DNA from: Candidatus Poribacteria bacterium
GTDB lineage: Bacteria; Poribacteria; WGA-4E; PCPOR2b
DNA length: 64,000 bases
Reading direction: 5' to 3'
NCBI GenBank assembly: GCA_965218095.1
Contig: OZ244587.1
Location: forward strand, 4,064,001 to 4,128,000
Below are positions 20,001-30,421 of this stretch, piece by piece. Made by a program: the position numbers and the translations under genes. Each line of letters starts with the position of its first letter. The stretch's first letter is position 1. Under the pieces are notes generated by a model, which saw nothing but the letters and a program-made list of their open reading frames with translations, made no database searches and was not told the DNA's origin.

Positions 20001-21188
20001 ATGGATGAGCATTCTAGCCCCAAAATCCTTGTCGTCGATGACGAGCCGAAAAACATCCGAGTGCTTCAAATCCAACTTAAAGCGAATGGATACACAGTTC
20101 TCACGGCGACCAGCGGTCAAGAGGCGCTTGAACAGGTCAAGGCTGATGTGCCCGATCTGATTCTGCTCGATATTATGATGCCGAAAATGGATGGATTTGA
20201 GGTCTGCCGGCGAATTCGTGGGGATGAGTCTACGCAATTCATCCCGGTGGTGATGGTGACAGCGCTCTCAGACAAGGAGGATCGGATTAAAGCGATTGAG
20301 GTGGGTGCGGACGATTTTATCTCCAAGCCATTTGACAGCCATGAAGCGCTTGCGCGTGTCCGTTCATTAGTGCGTATCAAACAATACCACGATGATCTCG
20401 GACAAGCCTACCAGGAGCTCCGGGCGCATAATGCTCGTTTGGAAGAAGAGTTACAGATGGCGCGTGAGGTCCAGGATAGCTTGATGCCTCAAGGAATCAC
20501 TGATTTATTGGGATTCCGGATTGTTTCACACTATACACCCGCAATCATCGTGGGAGGGGATTTCTTCGATTTGTGGGAGGTTGAACGGGCGCGATTAGGA
20601 GTCTTCATCTCCGATGTGATGGGCCATGGGGTTTCCGCTGCCTTCATCACTGTATTCATTAAGACGATTGTCGAGGAGATGAGCACCCGAACAGATGATC
20701 CTGGCCACTTACTAAAAGAGTTAAACGCACGTTTCAACAAGATGATTAGCTCTCAGCAATATATGTTCGCGACAGCGTTCTGCGCCATTCTAGATCATTC
20801 CAACCAAACACTCCAGTATGCAAACGCGGGACATCCCCATCCATTCTTAGTCCAACGTCGGCGCAATATTTGTGAACCCATCGGAAATCAGTCCATCGGA
20901 AAAGGATTAGGACTCCTTCCAGACTCAACATATCAAACAGTCCATTGCCCTTTCGATCCATCGGATGGGTTATTTCTTTATACCGACGGTGCCTATGAAC
21001 TCCAAAATTCAGATGGGGAAGAATTTACCCCCCAGGGGCTTCAGAACGTCATTACGCAACAGATGTCTCAACCCGCGCCCGTCCTCGTCGAAAGCGTCCT
21101 TGACGCAACCAATCAATTCAGTGACGGAAGACCGAAAGACGACGATATTACGATTGTCGCCATTGATGGATGTGCACCAAGGTGGTAA
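20001..21188 (+). CDS. REC-PP2C (response regulator-SpoIIE phosphatase fusion)
   Basis: N-terminal receiver (ILVVDD, DIMMP, GADDFISKP), then VGGDFFD, SDVMGHG, NAGHP, YTDG, DDIT. Start assigned to MDEHSS; the ORF track starts at 19971. Confidence 0.92.
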   Translation: MDEHSSPKILVVDDEPKNIRVLQIQLKANGYTVLTATSGQEALEQVKADVPDLILLDIMMPKMDGFEVCRRIRGDESTQFIPVVMVTALSDKEDRIKAIEVGADDFISKPFDSHEALARVRSLVRIKQYHDDLGQAYQELRAHNARLEEELQMAREVQDSLMPQGITDLLGFRIVSHYTPAIIVGGDFFDLWEVERARLGVFISDVMGHGVSAAFITVFIKTIVEEMSTRTDDPGHLLKELNARFNKMISSQQYMFATAFCAILDHSNQTLQYANAGHPHPFLVQRRRNICEPIGNQSIGKGLGLLPDSTYQTVHCPFDPSDGLFLYTDGAYELQNSDGEEFTPQGLQNVITQQMSQPAPVLVESVLDATNQFSDGRPKDDDITIVAIDGCAPRW

Positions 21189-21301
21189 TCCGGGAAATGT
21201 GGGAGCCGGTGGGCGAAGGATTGACAATCGACAAAAAGCACCGTTGCGTTCAGCTTATCCTTGAGTGCTGCAAGGTGATAGTCGTCACGGAGGGTTACGG
21301 G

Positions 21302-21643
21302 TTAGAAATTGGAAAGTGCGCTATCTTCTGAGTCATAAATTTCAACAATGCTAGAAGCCCCGATTAAATCAAAGGTCCGCCTGATATTATCGGCCAGACC
21401 GAAAACCTTGAGATCTCCATCTTTGAGACGAAGCTGTTTCGCAGTACCAGCTAAGGCGCCGATAGCCACACTGTTGATATGCTGAACCTGACTCAAATTC
21501 ACAACAATCTTCTGAATGTTTCGACCGACAAGATCTGCGAGGGTTTTGCGTAACTCAGCAACCGCGTAGCTTCCCAAGTATTCGTTGACATCAATAATTG
21601 TGACATCTGCGCTTTGGCGGATGCACATCAATTCTTCTGGCAT
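21302..21643 (-). CDS. STAS-domain anti-sigma factor antagonist
   Basis: VVNLSQVQHINSVAIGAL...GDLKV; close paralogue of 23128-23469. Confidence 0.9.
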   Translation of the reverse strand: MPEELMCIRQSADVTIIDVNEYLGSYAVAELRKTLADLVGRNIQKIVVNLSQVQHINSVAIGALAGTAKQLRLKDGDLKVFGLADNIRRTFDLIGASSIVEIYDSEDSALSNF

Positions 21644-21816
21644 AAGATTTCTACCTCTCTACAATGATTTGACAGAAAGTGTATTCGTCATGTCTATGTT
21701 GGACAGCTTTCGCTCGTATGCCATCGCAGGACGTTGACTCAAAACCTGCTCTCCTTTATGGGATCGGGTGAATCCAGTAGTTGAGCGCCTCACATCTAAC
21801 ATGGAGGAGGAGCCAA

Positions 21817-22257
21817 GTGAAGCAAACTATTGAGCAGGTCATTTGCCTGGATCTCCCTAGCTCATTGCAGTGGGTTCACCTCCTGCATGTTGTCATCTCA
21901 GAAATTCTTACGGAGACGCAGTTGGATGAAGAAACAAGCGATCAAGTGAATCTCGCAGTGATTGAAGCCGGTACCAATGCAATAAAACACGGGAATCAGG
22001 GAGATCCGGAGAAACGCGCTTACTTTGAATTCATTATTCATCCAGACAAGTTCACGATTGTCATCCAGGATCAAGGGCAAGGTTTTGACCGAGAGCAAGT
22101 TCCGAATCCGATGCATTCAGAAAATCTCTTCAAGAGTAGTGGCAGAGGGGTTTTTCTGATAGAATTGTGTATGGATGATGTCACTTATGAAAAGTCAGGC
22201 ACAACCATCAGGATGGTTAAAAAACTTAAAAAGAAGCCGTCAGATCATAAACAATAG
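21817..22257 (+). CDS. RsbW/SpoIIAB-like anti-sigma factor Ser/Thr kinase (HATPase_c_2)
   Basis: LAVIEAGTNAIKHGN, IQDQGQGFD, SGRGVFLI..CMD.V, GTTIRM; GTG start after GGAGGAGG. Confidence 0.9.
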   Translation: MKQTIEQVICLDLPSSLQWVHLLHVVISEILTETQLDEETSDQVNLAVIEAGTNAIKHGNQGDPEKRAYFEFIIHPDKFTIVIQDQGQGFDREQVPNPMHSENLFKSSGRGVFLIELCMDDVTYEKSGTTIRMVKKLKKKPSDHKQ

Positions 22258-22523
22258 GCACAACTTCAACCCAATTTCTCGGAGCCACTTCAATTGGTTA
22301 TCAGCGCAGCAATGGCTTCATCTTCACTTGAGAGATGAACATTGAATTCCATTAGACGCTCTCCTATTCATTGACCCCGATTCTGCAAATCATATCCATT
22401 GCGTCAACCCGGGCTCCAAAAAGAAGTCCCTTTGGACGATGGTTTTACGATTGTCGCTATTGATTGGAACCCGTAAGAGGAACGCGCGCTCGTAAAAACG
22501 GTCAATCGGAGACTTGACAACGG

Positions 22524-22986
22524 TCAAGAAGCGTTAGGCGGGGAAAGGTAGAAAACAACACGAACATCAGTTCCCCCGAAGGGAATTGGGCCATATTTCC
22601 AAATGATCGGAGAGCTTTTCGGTGAGATAGATGCCGTGTCCACGTTCGCTATCGGGAGTCATCTTCTGAGAGACTTCATCCAGCCGTCCCGTTGCCAACC
22701 AATTATCTCGCATTCTGTTCCCTTTGTCCCGAACATGGATTTCTAATTTACCTGAATCGAAAATGAGGGTCAAATCAATCCCTGAAGCAGGGCTTTCTGA
22801 GCCGTGTTCGATCGCATTACTACAAACTTCATCGAGAATAAGTTCGATGTCATAAATACGTGCCTGGCAAAACCCCAGTTGTTGCACCAATTGCCCGATA
22901 AATACCTGAATTGGATGGACATACTCAAGACGGCTAGGCACTTTGAGATCGAAAATTTCCTGTTCCGTTTTTTGCTCTCGAGTCAT
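22524..22986 (-). pseudogene. Second RsbW-like kinase with a frameshift (one extra base) near the C-terminus
   Basis: ELILDEVCSNAIEHG, VRDKG, ERGHGIYL..KLSD. The terminal strand GGTDVRVVFYL lies in another frame after ~22585. Confidence 0.75.
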
Positions 22987-23127
22987 TCCAGAATACCAAC
23001 CTGACAAAGTTAAGGGCTTGGCGCGGAAATTATACTGTGATGCCTGTATGCCAAGCCCTGGAGAGGTTTGAAGCGTTTTTTGATGAAAGATTCAGCGCCT
23101 TACATCGCTGTCTGTCTAAATGGGGAT

Positions 23128-23469
23128 CTAGAAAGCGGCAAGTGCGCTACTTTCTGAGTCATAAATTTCGATAACGCTTGAGGCTCCTACCAAATCAAAG
23201 GTCCGTTTGAGGTTATCTGCTAGACTGTAAACTTTGAGATCCCCATCGCTCTGGCGCAGCCTTTTTGCAGCGCCAACCATCGCGCCAATGGCTGTACTAT
23301 TAATATGCTGGACTTGACCTAAATTCACAACAATCTTCTGAGTTCTTTGGTCAACCAATTCGTCAATTGCTTTTCGTAAATCGGCAGCCGCATAACTTCC
23401 GAGATCTTCGTTCACATCGACAATTTTGACATCCGCGCTTTCACGGATGGTCATGGATTCGTTTGCCAT
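23128..23469 (-). CDS. STAS-domain anti-sigma factor antagonist
   Basis: VVNLGQVQHINSTAIGAM...GDLKV; ATG start MANESM after GGGAGA. Confidence 0.9.
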   Translation of the reverse strand: MANESMTIRESADVKIVDVNEDLGSYAAADLRKAIDELVDQRTQKIVVNLGQVQHINSTAIGAMVGAAKRLRQSDGDLKVYSLADNLKRTFDLVGASSVIEIYDSESSALAAF

Positions 23470-23766
23470 AACAACTTTTTCTCCCAATCGTTAGAAATTA
23501 GTAAATCTGTATCGAAGCCTTATCCAGATGTGCCTTCTTGCTTGCGCTTTGAATGAAGCCCTCCTCAAGGATTTTCGTCTCATCTGGAATCAGTGGTAGT
23601 ATCTCATACCAAATCTGGATCAACCGGCTACTAATACGAAGACGGTATCGTCTATCACTGATCCTCGGAAAAGGGTTAGTAGTCTTTAGATTTGGAACTG
23701 GTATCAAAAGATATCAAGGTTTTATGTCCTTATGAACTTATAGCGAGTAAAATGCGCGCTTCTCCC

Positions 23767-23827
23767 GTCATCCTCAACGAAGTGAAGCATCTCTTGCACC
23801 TTAACGAGGAGATTCTTCGCTGCGCTC
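23767..23827. repeat. REP-like palindromic repeat (GTCATCCT.AACG..GTGAAG.ATCT...GAGATTCTTCG)
   Basis: Second copy at 34051-34095. Confidence 0.7.
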
Positions 23828-24167
23828 TATTAGACTTCCAAGAAACTACCCGCAATGAATTCTATTATATCCAAAGTATGGACAAAACACAAGCAGAATA
23901 TAGTAACCTCCGCGGAATTGAACTCCCTTCTTTTTTCCTGATTTCAGAAACATTTCCCCAAACAAGGTCCTTCCTTCCAGAAATGGAGCGGAGTCTAGCT
24001 AGGCACACCTTTGATCCGAGCTCCCTTTTGAATAAATTGTCGCACGACTCGAACTGTGTCCCATTGGGACTGAATTTCTCTCACTTGTGTGGTATAATAA
24101 CTTTGTTCAGGAAAACCGGTTAAGATTGAGAAAATATAGCCTTTACGGATGCCTTCAAGGATTGTTA

Positions 24168-24989
24168 ATGACGACGCTTCAGATTTTTCTTGTGATCTTT
24201 ATCATTTTTCTGGGTTGCCAGCCCACTGATGAAAAAACACAGCGAAAAGAAGAATTGAAACGTGAAGCGACCAAACTCCGGCTGGGGATGATGCTCACGC
24301 CAGAGGATGTGACAGGGTATCTGCAACTCGGTGAAGTCTACCACGAAATGGAGGAATATGAGAAAGCGATTGAGCAGTTCCGAGAGGCGCTGATACTCGA
24401 TGAGGAGAACGCGCGAGTGCATGACGCGCTCGGTTTAGTTTACACAGATCTGCAACTGACCGATCCGGCGATCAGGGCATTTCAAAAAGCGATCGAACTT
24501 GAACCCGATAATCCGACCTATCATAACAACCTTGGCTATACTTATGACACGGATGATCAGTTTGGCAAGGCACTCGAAGCATATCGCGCAGCTATCGAGG
24601 CAGATGCAATGTTCCAGGATGCATACTTCAATCTGGCTGCAGCTTATCATGCCCGTGAGCAATTTGAAGAAACTATCAAATATTACCAGCAAGCCATTGC
24701 TCTGGATGAAAACGATCCGGATGCCCATTATAACCTCGGAGACGTCTATCAAGAAACAGAGAAATTTGAACTGGCAATCCGTGCATACGAAAAATCGCGG
24801 TCACTTAACCCAAATGATCCGGAGGTTTACTACCAACTCGCGCGGATGTATCAAAAAAAGGGCGATTACCTCACGATGAAACGCTATGTTGAACTTTTCT
24901 TAGAACGCGCTGCGGATTTGCCACAATTCCAAGATGAGATTGAGACCGCTAAACAGATGCAGCGAGGCGAAAGTGCGGCGCACGAATAG
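24168..24989 (+). CDS. Tetratricopeptide-repeat lipoprotein
   Basis: Signal/lipobox MTTLQIFLVIFIIFLGC; repeated A..N/LG..Y...A...Y..AI...P TPR units. Confidence 0.88.
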   Translation: MTTLQIFLVIFIIFLGCQPTDEKTQRKEELKREATKLRLGMMLTPEDVTGYLQLGEVYHEMEEYEKAIEQFREALILDEENARVHDALGLVYTDLQLTDPAIRAFQKAIELEPDNPTYHNNLGYTYDTDDQFGKALEAYRAAIEADAMFQDAYFNLAAAYHAREQFEETIKYYQQAIALDENDPDAHYNLGDVYQETEKFELAIRAYEKSRSLNPNDPEVYYQLARMYQKKGDYLTMKRYVELFLERAADLPQFQDEIETAKQMQRGESAAHE

Positions 24990-25101
24990 TGAAACTACCG
25001 ATACGGGTAAACGAGTTCAGGAGTTCATTTACGCATCAGACATTACGTTTCACGCATCACGCAATAGCCATCATGTATCACATAATTTTCCTTTTCAAAA
25101 A

Positions 25102-26067
25102 ATGAGCGAAAGAAAGTATATCATCGGCATTGATGGCGGTAGCACGAAAACAGTTGGACTTCTCGCAGATCTTGATCGAGTAATCCACGCGAAGGGCGAA
25201 TCAGGTCCCTCCAATTACCACGTCGTCGGAGAGGCGCAAACCAAAAGGGTACTGGCCGATCTGATCTTGCAGTTACTGGATGGGGCGAACACCACGCTAG
25301 AGAATTGCGCTGGTTTCTGCCTGGGGATGGCAGGGCTCGCACGCCCGGCGGATCAAGAAGTAATTGGGCAGATTTGCGATGAGATTGGTATCGGCAGAAG
25401 CCGTATTCTGACGCATGATGCACAGATTGCGTTGGTGGGTGGAGCTGGTAAGTTGACCGAAGGGAAATCCCACGTAGCGGGGCTAGAGGGAATCATCGTG
25501 ATTGCCGGGACAGGTTCAATTGTCTACGGGGTCAATGCCGAAGGCAGTGAAGCACGCGCTGGTGGTTGGGGGCACCTACTCGGCGATGAAGGCAGCGGCT
25601 ATGATATCGCGCTGCGTGGACTTCGAGCAGTTGCACGGGCAGCAGATGGACGTGGCATCCCCACACAACTGACCTATCTGATGCTAGACGAAATCGGGTT
25701 GAAACAACCAAGCGATCTCATACGCTGGGTCTACACTGCGAGCAAAGATCGGGTGGCCGGACTTGCACGGTGGGTTTTTATCGGCAGGGATGCCGGCGAT
25801 CGGGTCGCCCGACAGATTGTTGAATATGCTGCCGATGAGCTAACGCTCGCTGCCAAAGTTGTCATTGACCAATTGCGCTTCGATAATCAGTTTGATGTGG
25901 TTTTCAGCGGTGGAATTTTTGCGCATCAATCGGGATTTGTTGACCTGCTGCGGGCTCGCCTGCAAGCCGTTGCGCCAAAGGCGCAGATCGGTTTAGCCAA
26001 GCATGAGCCGGCTTATGGAGCAGTGTTGTTGGCAAAATCCATCCTGAAACAGAATGAAAACTGGTAA
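25102..26067 (+). CDS. BadF/BadG/BcrA/BcrD-family amino-sugar (GlcNAc/MurNAc) kinase
   Basis: IGIDGGSTKT, HDAQIAL, IAGTGSI, RAGGWGHLLGDEGSGY, SGGIF; directly upstream of murQ. Confidence 0.9.
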   Translation: MSERKYIIGIDGGSTKTVGLLADLDRVIHAKGESGPSNYHVVGEAQTKRVLADLILQLLDGANTTLENCAGFCLGMAGLARPADQEVIGQICDEIGIGRSRILTHDAQIALVGGAGKLTEGKSHVAGLEGIIVIAGTGSIVYGVNAEGSEARAGGWGHLLGDEGSGYDIALRGLRAVARAADGRGIPTQLTYLMLDEIGLKQPSDLIRWVYTASKDRVAGLARWVFIGRDAGDRVARQIVEYAADELTLAAKVVIDQLRFDNQFDVVFSGGIFAHQSGFVDLLRARLQAVAPKAQIGLAKHEPAYGAVLLAKSILKQNENW

Positions 26068-26076
26068 ACAGAAACA

Positions 26077-26982
26077 ATGTCAGAAAATCTTTCCAAACTC
26101 ATCACTGAGCAGCGAAATCCAAACTCAATCGATATTGATCTCAAGTCAACAGAAGAGATCGTGCAGATTTTCCACGAAGAAGATCGGAAAGCGTTTGCTG
26201 CGGTTGAGGCAGAATCTACATCGATCGCACGGGGCATCGATCTCATCACGAGAGTGTTTCGACGAGGAGGACGGCTTTTCTACATCGGCGCGGGGACAAG
26301 CGGCAGGCTCGGCGTCCTCGATGCCTCCGAATGCCCACCCACTTTCAGCACTGAGCCTGACATGGTACAGGGTATCATTGCCGGCGGGGATAAGGCGTTG
26401 CGGAGATCGGTTGAGACGGCGGAAGACCAGCCCGAAGCCGGCGCACAATCCATCCGTGAACACGAGGTCACCGATCGAGATGTGGTCGTCGGCATCGCCA
26501 GCAGTGGGCGCACGCCCTACGTACTTGGCGCATTGGAGGAAGCCCATCGAATCGGCGCAAAAACAATCCTCCTCTGCTGCACTCCACCGGCTGACAATTT
26601 GAAGGCGTTTGTGGATATCTTTATTGCACCGATTGTGGGTCCCGAGATCATTACGGGTTCAACGAGATTAAAGGCTGGGACAGCAACAAAACTCGTGCTA
26701 AACATGCTCACCACCGTCTTGATGATCAAGATTGGGAAAATTTACAACAACCTGATGGTGGATATTCAGTTGTCCAACGCAAAGATGATTGACCGGGGAA
26801 CGCGGATTATCATGGAGGTCGCAACGACGGATTACAGGACGGCACGAGCGGCGTTAGGACGCACCGGTGGCAGCGCGAAGATCGCCATTGTCATGCTGTT
26901 GAAGGGCATCGATCAGATGGAAGCCGTTGCCCTCTTGGAGCAAAACGATGGCTTTCTCCGGCGTGTCTTAGAGCGTGTGTGA
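26077..26982 (+). CDS. murQ: N-acetylmuramic acid 6-phosphate etherase
   Basis: TEQRNP, GAGTSGRLGVLDASECPPTF, GIASSGRTPYV, GPEIITGSTRLKAGTATKLVLNM. Confidence 0.97.
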   Translation: MSENLSKLITEQRNPNSIDIDLKSTEEIVQIFHEEDRKAFAAVEAESTSIARGIDLITRVFRRGGRLFYIGAGTSGRLGVLDASECPPTFSTEPDMVQGIIAGGDKALRRSVETAEDQPEAGAQSIREHEVTDRDVVVGIASSGRTPYVLGALEEAHRIGAKTILLCCTPPADNLKAFVDIFIAPIVGPEIITGSTRLKAGTATKLVLNMLTTVLMIKIGKIYNNLMVDIQLSNAKMIDRGTRIIMEVATTDYRTARAALGRTGGSAKIAIVMLLKGIDQMEAVALLEQNDGFLRRVLERV

Positions 26983-27082
26983 AAAGTGGTTCTTTGCTAA
27001 CGTTCGGAAGGTTACAAAACCGATTTGCAAGGAGAGGTATGGCGTATAGAAGTATTTGAAACTGAGGCGCTTACCGGGAGGC

Positions 27083-27853
27083 ATGAAAATGGAAAATATC
27101 ATTGCATGTAATTTGAATAGCTATCGACAATTTCGTGAAGGCGCGTATCAGCACCTAGCGAAAATTGGTTTGACGAACGTCGAGATCGGCGTGCCTGCAC
27201 CAGCGGACGTCGATAAGGTTATGGCTGAACTGAAATCATACGGACTTACAGCGACCAGTGTATCCGCTCCCTGTAATGTTCAGGATGAAAATGTCGTCTC
27301 GGAATTTCAGACCACGCTGGAAGTTGGGAATCAGATGGGCGTCAAGGTCATCTTTACCAGTGTCCACGCCGGCGATCACGATCGGAACGTAATCTATGAC
27401 CGTCTGAGACAGATTGGGGAAAACGCCGCGCCGTTGGGAATCAAGGTCTGCTTGGAGACGCACCTCGATCTGGCGCACAACGCGGAGGTCGCACTCGAAA
27501 CCATGCGGGGCGTCAATCATCCGAACATCTGCATTAACTTCGACACCGGCAACGTCTATTTCTACAACCATAACGTCACCGCTGAGGGAGAGCTCAGGAA
27601 GATCATCAACCACGTCGGATCCGTCCACCTCAAGGATACCAATGGTGGCTATCAGACGTGGCACTTTCCCGCGCTTGGTGAAGGCGTGGTTGACTTCAAA
27701 GAAGTATTTCAGATCCTGAACGATATGGGGTTCTATGGGCCGTGCGCGATGGAATTGGAGGGCATTGAGGGCGAGGAATTAGACGAGGCGGGTGTGCAAA
27801 CACGAGTGGCGAAGTCTGTGGATTACCTCAAAAGCATTGGTGTGATGGATTAA
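27083..27853 (+). CDS. Sugar-phosphate isomerase/epimerase (xylose-isomerase-like TIM barrel)
   Basis: CLETH, NFDTGN, VHLKD, LGEGVVDF, MELE metal-ligand pattern. Confidence 0.88.
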   Translation: MKMENIIACNLNSYRQFREGAYQHLAKIGLTNVEIGVPAPADVDKVMAELKSYGLTATSVSAPCNVQDENVVSEFQTTLEVGNQMGVKVIFTSVHAGDHDRNVIYDRLRQIGENAAPLGIKVCLETHLDLAHNAEVALETMRGVNHPNICINFDTGNVYFYNHNVTAEGELRKIINHVGSVHLKDTNGGYQTWHFPALGEGVVDFKEVFQILNDMGFYGPCAMELEGIEGEELDEAGVQTRVAKSVDYLKSIGVMD

Positions 27854-28016
27854 ATGATGTGTGATATGTCATGGTAAAACGGAACAACAATCTCTTCTCT
27901 TACCTTTTGTGCAATACGTAACACGAAATACGCGTCATCTGGAAAGTGTGGACTTAACTGAGTCAGGAAATGAACTATCCCATAGTGCGCGACAAACTTC
28001 AGGGTTGGAAAAACGT

Positions 28017-28736
28017 ATGAAACGCCTGAAAGGAAAGATTTCGATTGTGACGGGGAGCAGCAGCGGAATTGGGAAAGCGATCGCCCTCAAATTCGCAGCG
28101 GAAGGATCAAGCGTTGTCGTCACCGCACGGCGAAGCGAGTTGTGCGATCGGGTTGTCGCACAGATTCGGAAGCGAGGTGGCGAGGCCATTGCTATTCCGA
28201 CCGATGTCTTGGACGAGTCACAGGTGGAACGGCTTTTTTCGGAGACACACCAGCACTTTGGACGGCTCGATATTCTTGTCAACAACGCCGGAATTGGCGA
28301 CGGCGGCAGAATCGTTGAGGCAAGTACGGAAGTATTTGACCGGGTGATGAACACTAATTTGCGGGGCGTATTTTTCTGCTGTCGCGCCGGCTTTCGTCAG
28401 ATGATGCAAAACGAAGGCGGGACAATTATTAACATTTCCAGTGTGTGCGGCGTTGACGCATGGGCGGGTACGGGTATCTACAGCATGTCGAAATACGGTA
28501 TCATAGCCTTGACGAAGACACTGGCAGATGAAGGGCGAGAGTATAATATCAAAGCGTGTGCAATCTGTCCCGGCGGCGTTGCATCCTCCCTTGTTGATTC
28601 CCCACCCGAAGAAGTTGAGCGCAGCCAGTCCATTAGCCCGTTTGACATCGCGGAGGCGGCTGTTTATCTCGCAACGCTTGGACCAAATGCAATCGTTCAT
28701 CAGATTGTCGTGGATCGCCTCTGGGCGGACTGGTAA
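28017..28736 (+). CDS. Short-chain dehydrogenase/reductase
   Basis: TGSSSGIG, NNAG, NISS, YSMSK, CPG. Confidence 0.93.
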   Translation: MKRLKGKISIVTGSSSGIGKAIALKFAAEGSSVVVTARRSELCDRVVAQIRKRGGEAIAIPTDVLDESQVERLFSETHQHFGRLDILVNNAGIGDGGRIVEASTEVFDRVMNTNLRGVFFCCRAGFRQMMQNEGGTIINISSVCGVDAWAGTGIYSMSKYGIIALTKTLADEGREYNIKACAICPGGVASSLVDSPPEEVERSQSISPFDIAEAAVYLATLGPNAIVHQIVVDRLWADW

Positions 28737-28753
28737 ATAGTGATTGAACATAA

Positions 28754-29773
28754 CTAACCGGTCCGATACTTCGCCACCGCTTTCTCATCCAGCTCAATCC
28801 CCAGCCCGGGGCCTTCCGGCACGGCAATGTGGCCGTCCTTAATCTCCAACGAGTCGCCTACTAGGCTATCCTCGCGCAAGAACGGTAGCTCCCCACAGGC
28901 CCGGAGATCATTGGGCAAAGTGGACTGCAAATGAGCTGAGAAGGCCGCTTGGACCCCCAGACACAAGCCACCGGTTTGCAGCCAGATGGGACACTGCGCG
29001 ACTTCGGCGATCGCCGCTGCCTTCTTAACAAAGTTCACGTTTCCGCTCAAGTTGAAAAGGTCCGCCGCCTCCGCTCGCACCGCGTTTAGTACCACTTGAG
29101 CATCGATCAGGTGGAGCGCCTGCGGGATATCAGTTTTCTGCCGCAACAGCGGATACCAGGTCAGATTCTGCCAGGAGACCGGATTTTCAAAACAATCAAT
29201 GTTGTAGGGTTCCAACTGGCGGGCTAATTTCACGGTATCGGCCACGGAGCGAAATTTGCCTTCGGGGTCCAGGCGGATGGCATAGTCGACGCCTGCGGTC
29301 GCGCGGGTAATCGCGTCCACCTGCCGCACGACATCCTCGGGGAACGCTTTGAGCTTGTGAATCTTGAAACCCTGTGCCGCCGCCCGTTCTGCTTCCTTGG
29401 CCGTTTCCTCCGGCGGCATGTGGCAAGACCAGTAGGAGACGGGAATGCGATTACGGATTTTGTCTCCCAGTAGCCGCCAGACTGGCACACCCAATCCCTG
29501 TGCCACAATGTCGTAGCAGGCGGACTGGAAGGGGCGATCTAGGTGGGCGAGATCCATCGTCAGGAGGTCGCCCCCGATGAGCGCCTCCACCTGCGCCGCC
29601 AGAGTTTCCTTTCTTTGCCAGCGTTCCCCTAATCCCGTAAGTCCGGCGTCGGTGTGGACCTTAGCGATCGTTGTGTAACTCCGCGCCTGGAAATCGACAG
29701 CGCGAATCGCGTCGATGTAGGGGACGAGGACTTCGATGAGGTCGATGGAAGTGATCTTCATAGGTCGTGTCAT
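28754..29773 (-). CDS. Mandelate racemase/muconate lactonizing enzyme family protein
   Basis: N-terminal capping domain (VHTDAGLTGLGE, PVWRLLG), KxK motif HKLK, RLD, FENP, PEGPGLGIELDE. Confidence 0.88.
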   Translation of the reverse strand: MTRPMKITSIDLIEVLVPYIDAIRAVDFQARSYTTIAKVHTDAGLTGLGERWQRKETLAAQVEALIGGDLLTMDLAHLDRPFQSACYDIVAQGLGVPVWRLLGDKIRNRIPVSYWSCHMPPEETAKEAERAAAQGFKIHKLKAFPEDVVRQVDAITRATAGVDYAIRLDPEGKFRSVADTVKLARQLEPYNIDCFENPVSWQNLTWYPLLRQKTDIPQALHLIDAQVVLNAVRAEAADLFNLSGNVNFVKKAAAIAEVAQCPIWLQTGGLCLGVQAAFSAHLQSTLPNDLRACGELPFLREDSLVGDSLEIKDGHIAVPEGPGLGIELDEKAVAKYRTG

Positions 29774-30248
29774 AAATGTGTTGACTGGCTCTAAATCTGC
29801 AAGCCGAATTCATAGTGGTGCGTCCATGGGTCTGGATTGTCGAACGGACATTTGCGTGGCTCGGTCGTTATTCGACGATTGAGTAAGGATTACGAATGCC
29901 TCACGGACACCAGTGAGGCGCTTATTTGGGCATTCCTCCATTTCTCCACTTCCACAACTAAATTCTATCCTTGACGTCACTTACTTTATTATACTGCTAC
30001 AATAATCTAATATTTTACCTGATTTATAGGCAAGATTCAACCTTTTACTGGCAGGTTAGGGCAATCGCATCTATAAAATTGGTGACATCTGGCACGATTT
30101 TGGGCTGCCCCGTCAAATCTGGCATCCCACTGATGAGCGTGCGGTTTTCCTCGCCTCCCCTACTGTCTGGGAAAATCCAGTCACGAACCGTCGCATTTCA
30201 GTACCATGTCATCAAGAAATTCCTGATTACACCACAAGGTGAACCTGT

Positions 30249-30421
30249 AATATGATAACCTAAGTTGCTACCTACGAAACCTTGATGAACTCGGATCTCG
30301 GTGCTTGGAACTAGGCGCCGTGGGCTTTGGTGCCGATTAGCGATGCGTTGCCAGTTCCAAGATCCCAGTGCCCAGTACCCGACAGGGTTAGCTGATAGGT
30401 AGCAACCCGGGTTATGATATT
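30249..30421. repeat. MITE-like element with long imperfect terminal inverted repeats and an internal stem
   Basis: AATATGATAACCTAAGTTGCTACCT pairs with AGGTAGCAACCCGGGTTATGATATT; internal CTTGGAACT/AGTTCCAAG; degenerate reverse copy at 44121-44199. Confidence 0.75.

Noticed and set aside
23692-24123. 143-aa ORF as a real gene
   Set aside because: It runs through a REP-like repeat (VILNEVKHL is repeat-derived), has no RBS and no recognisable domain.
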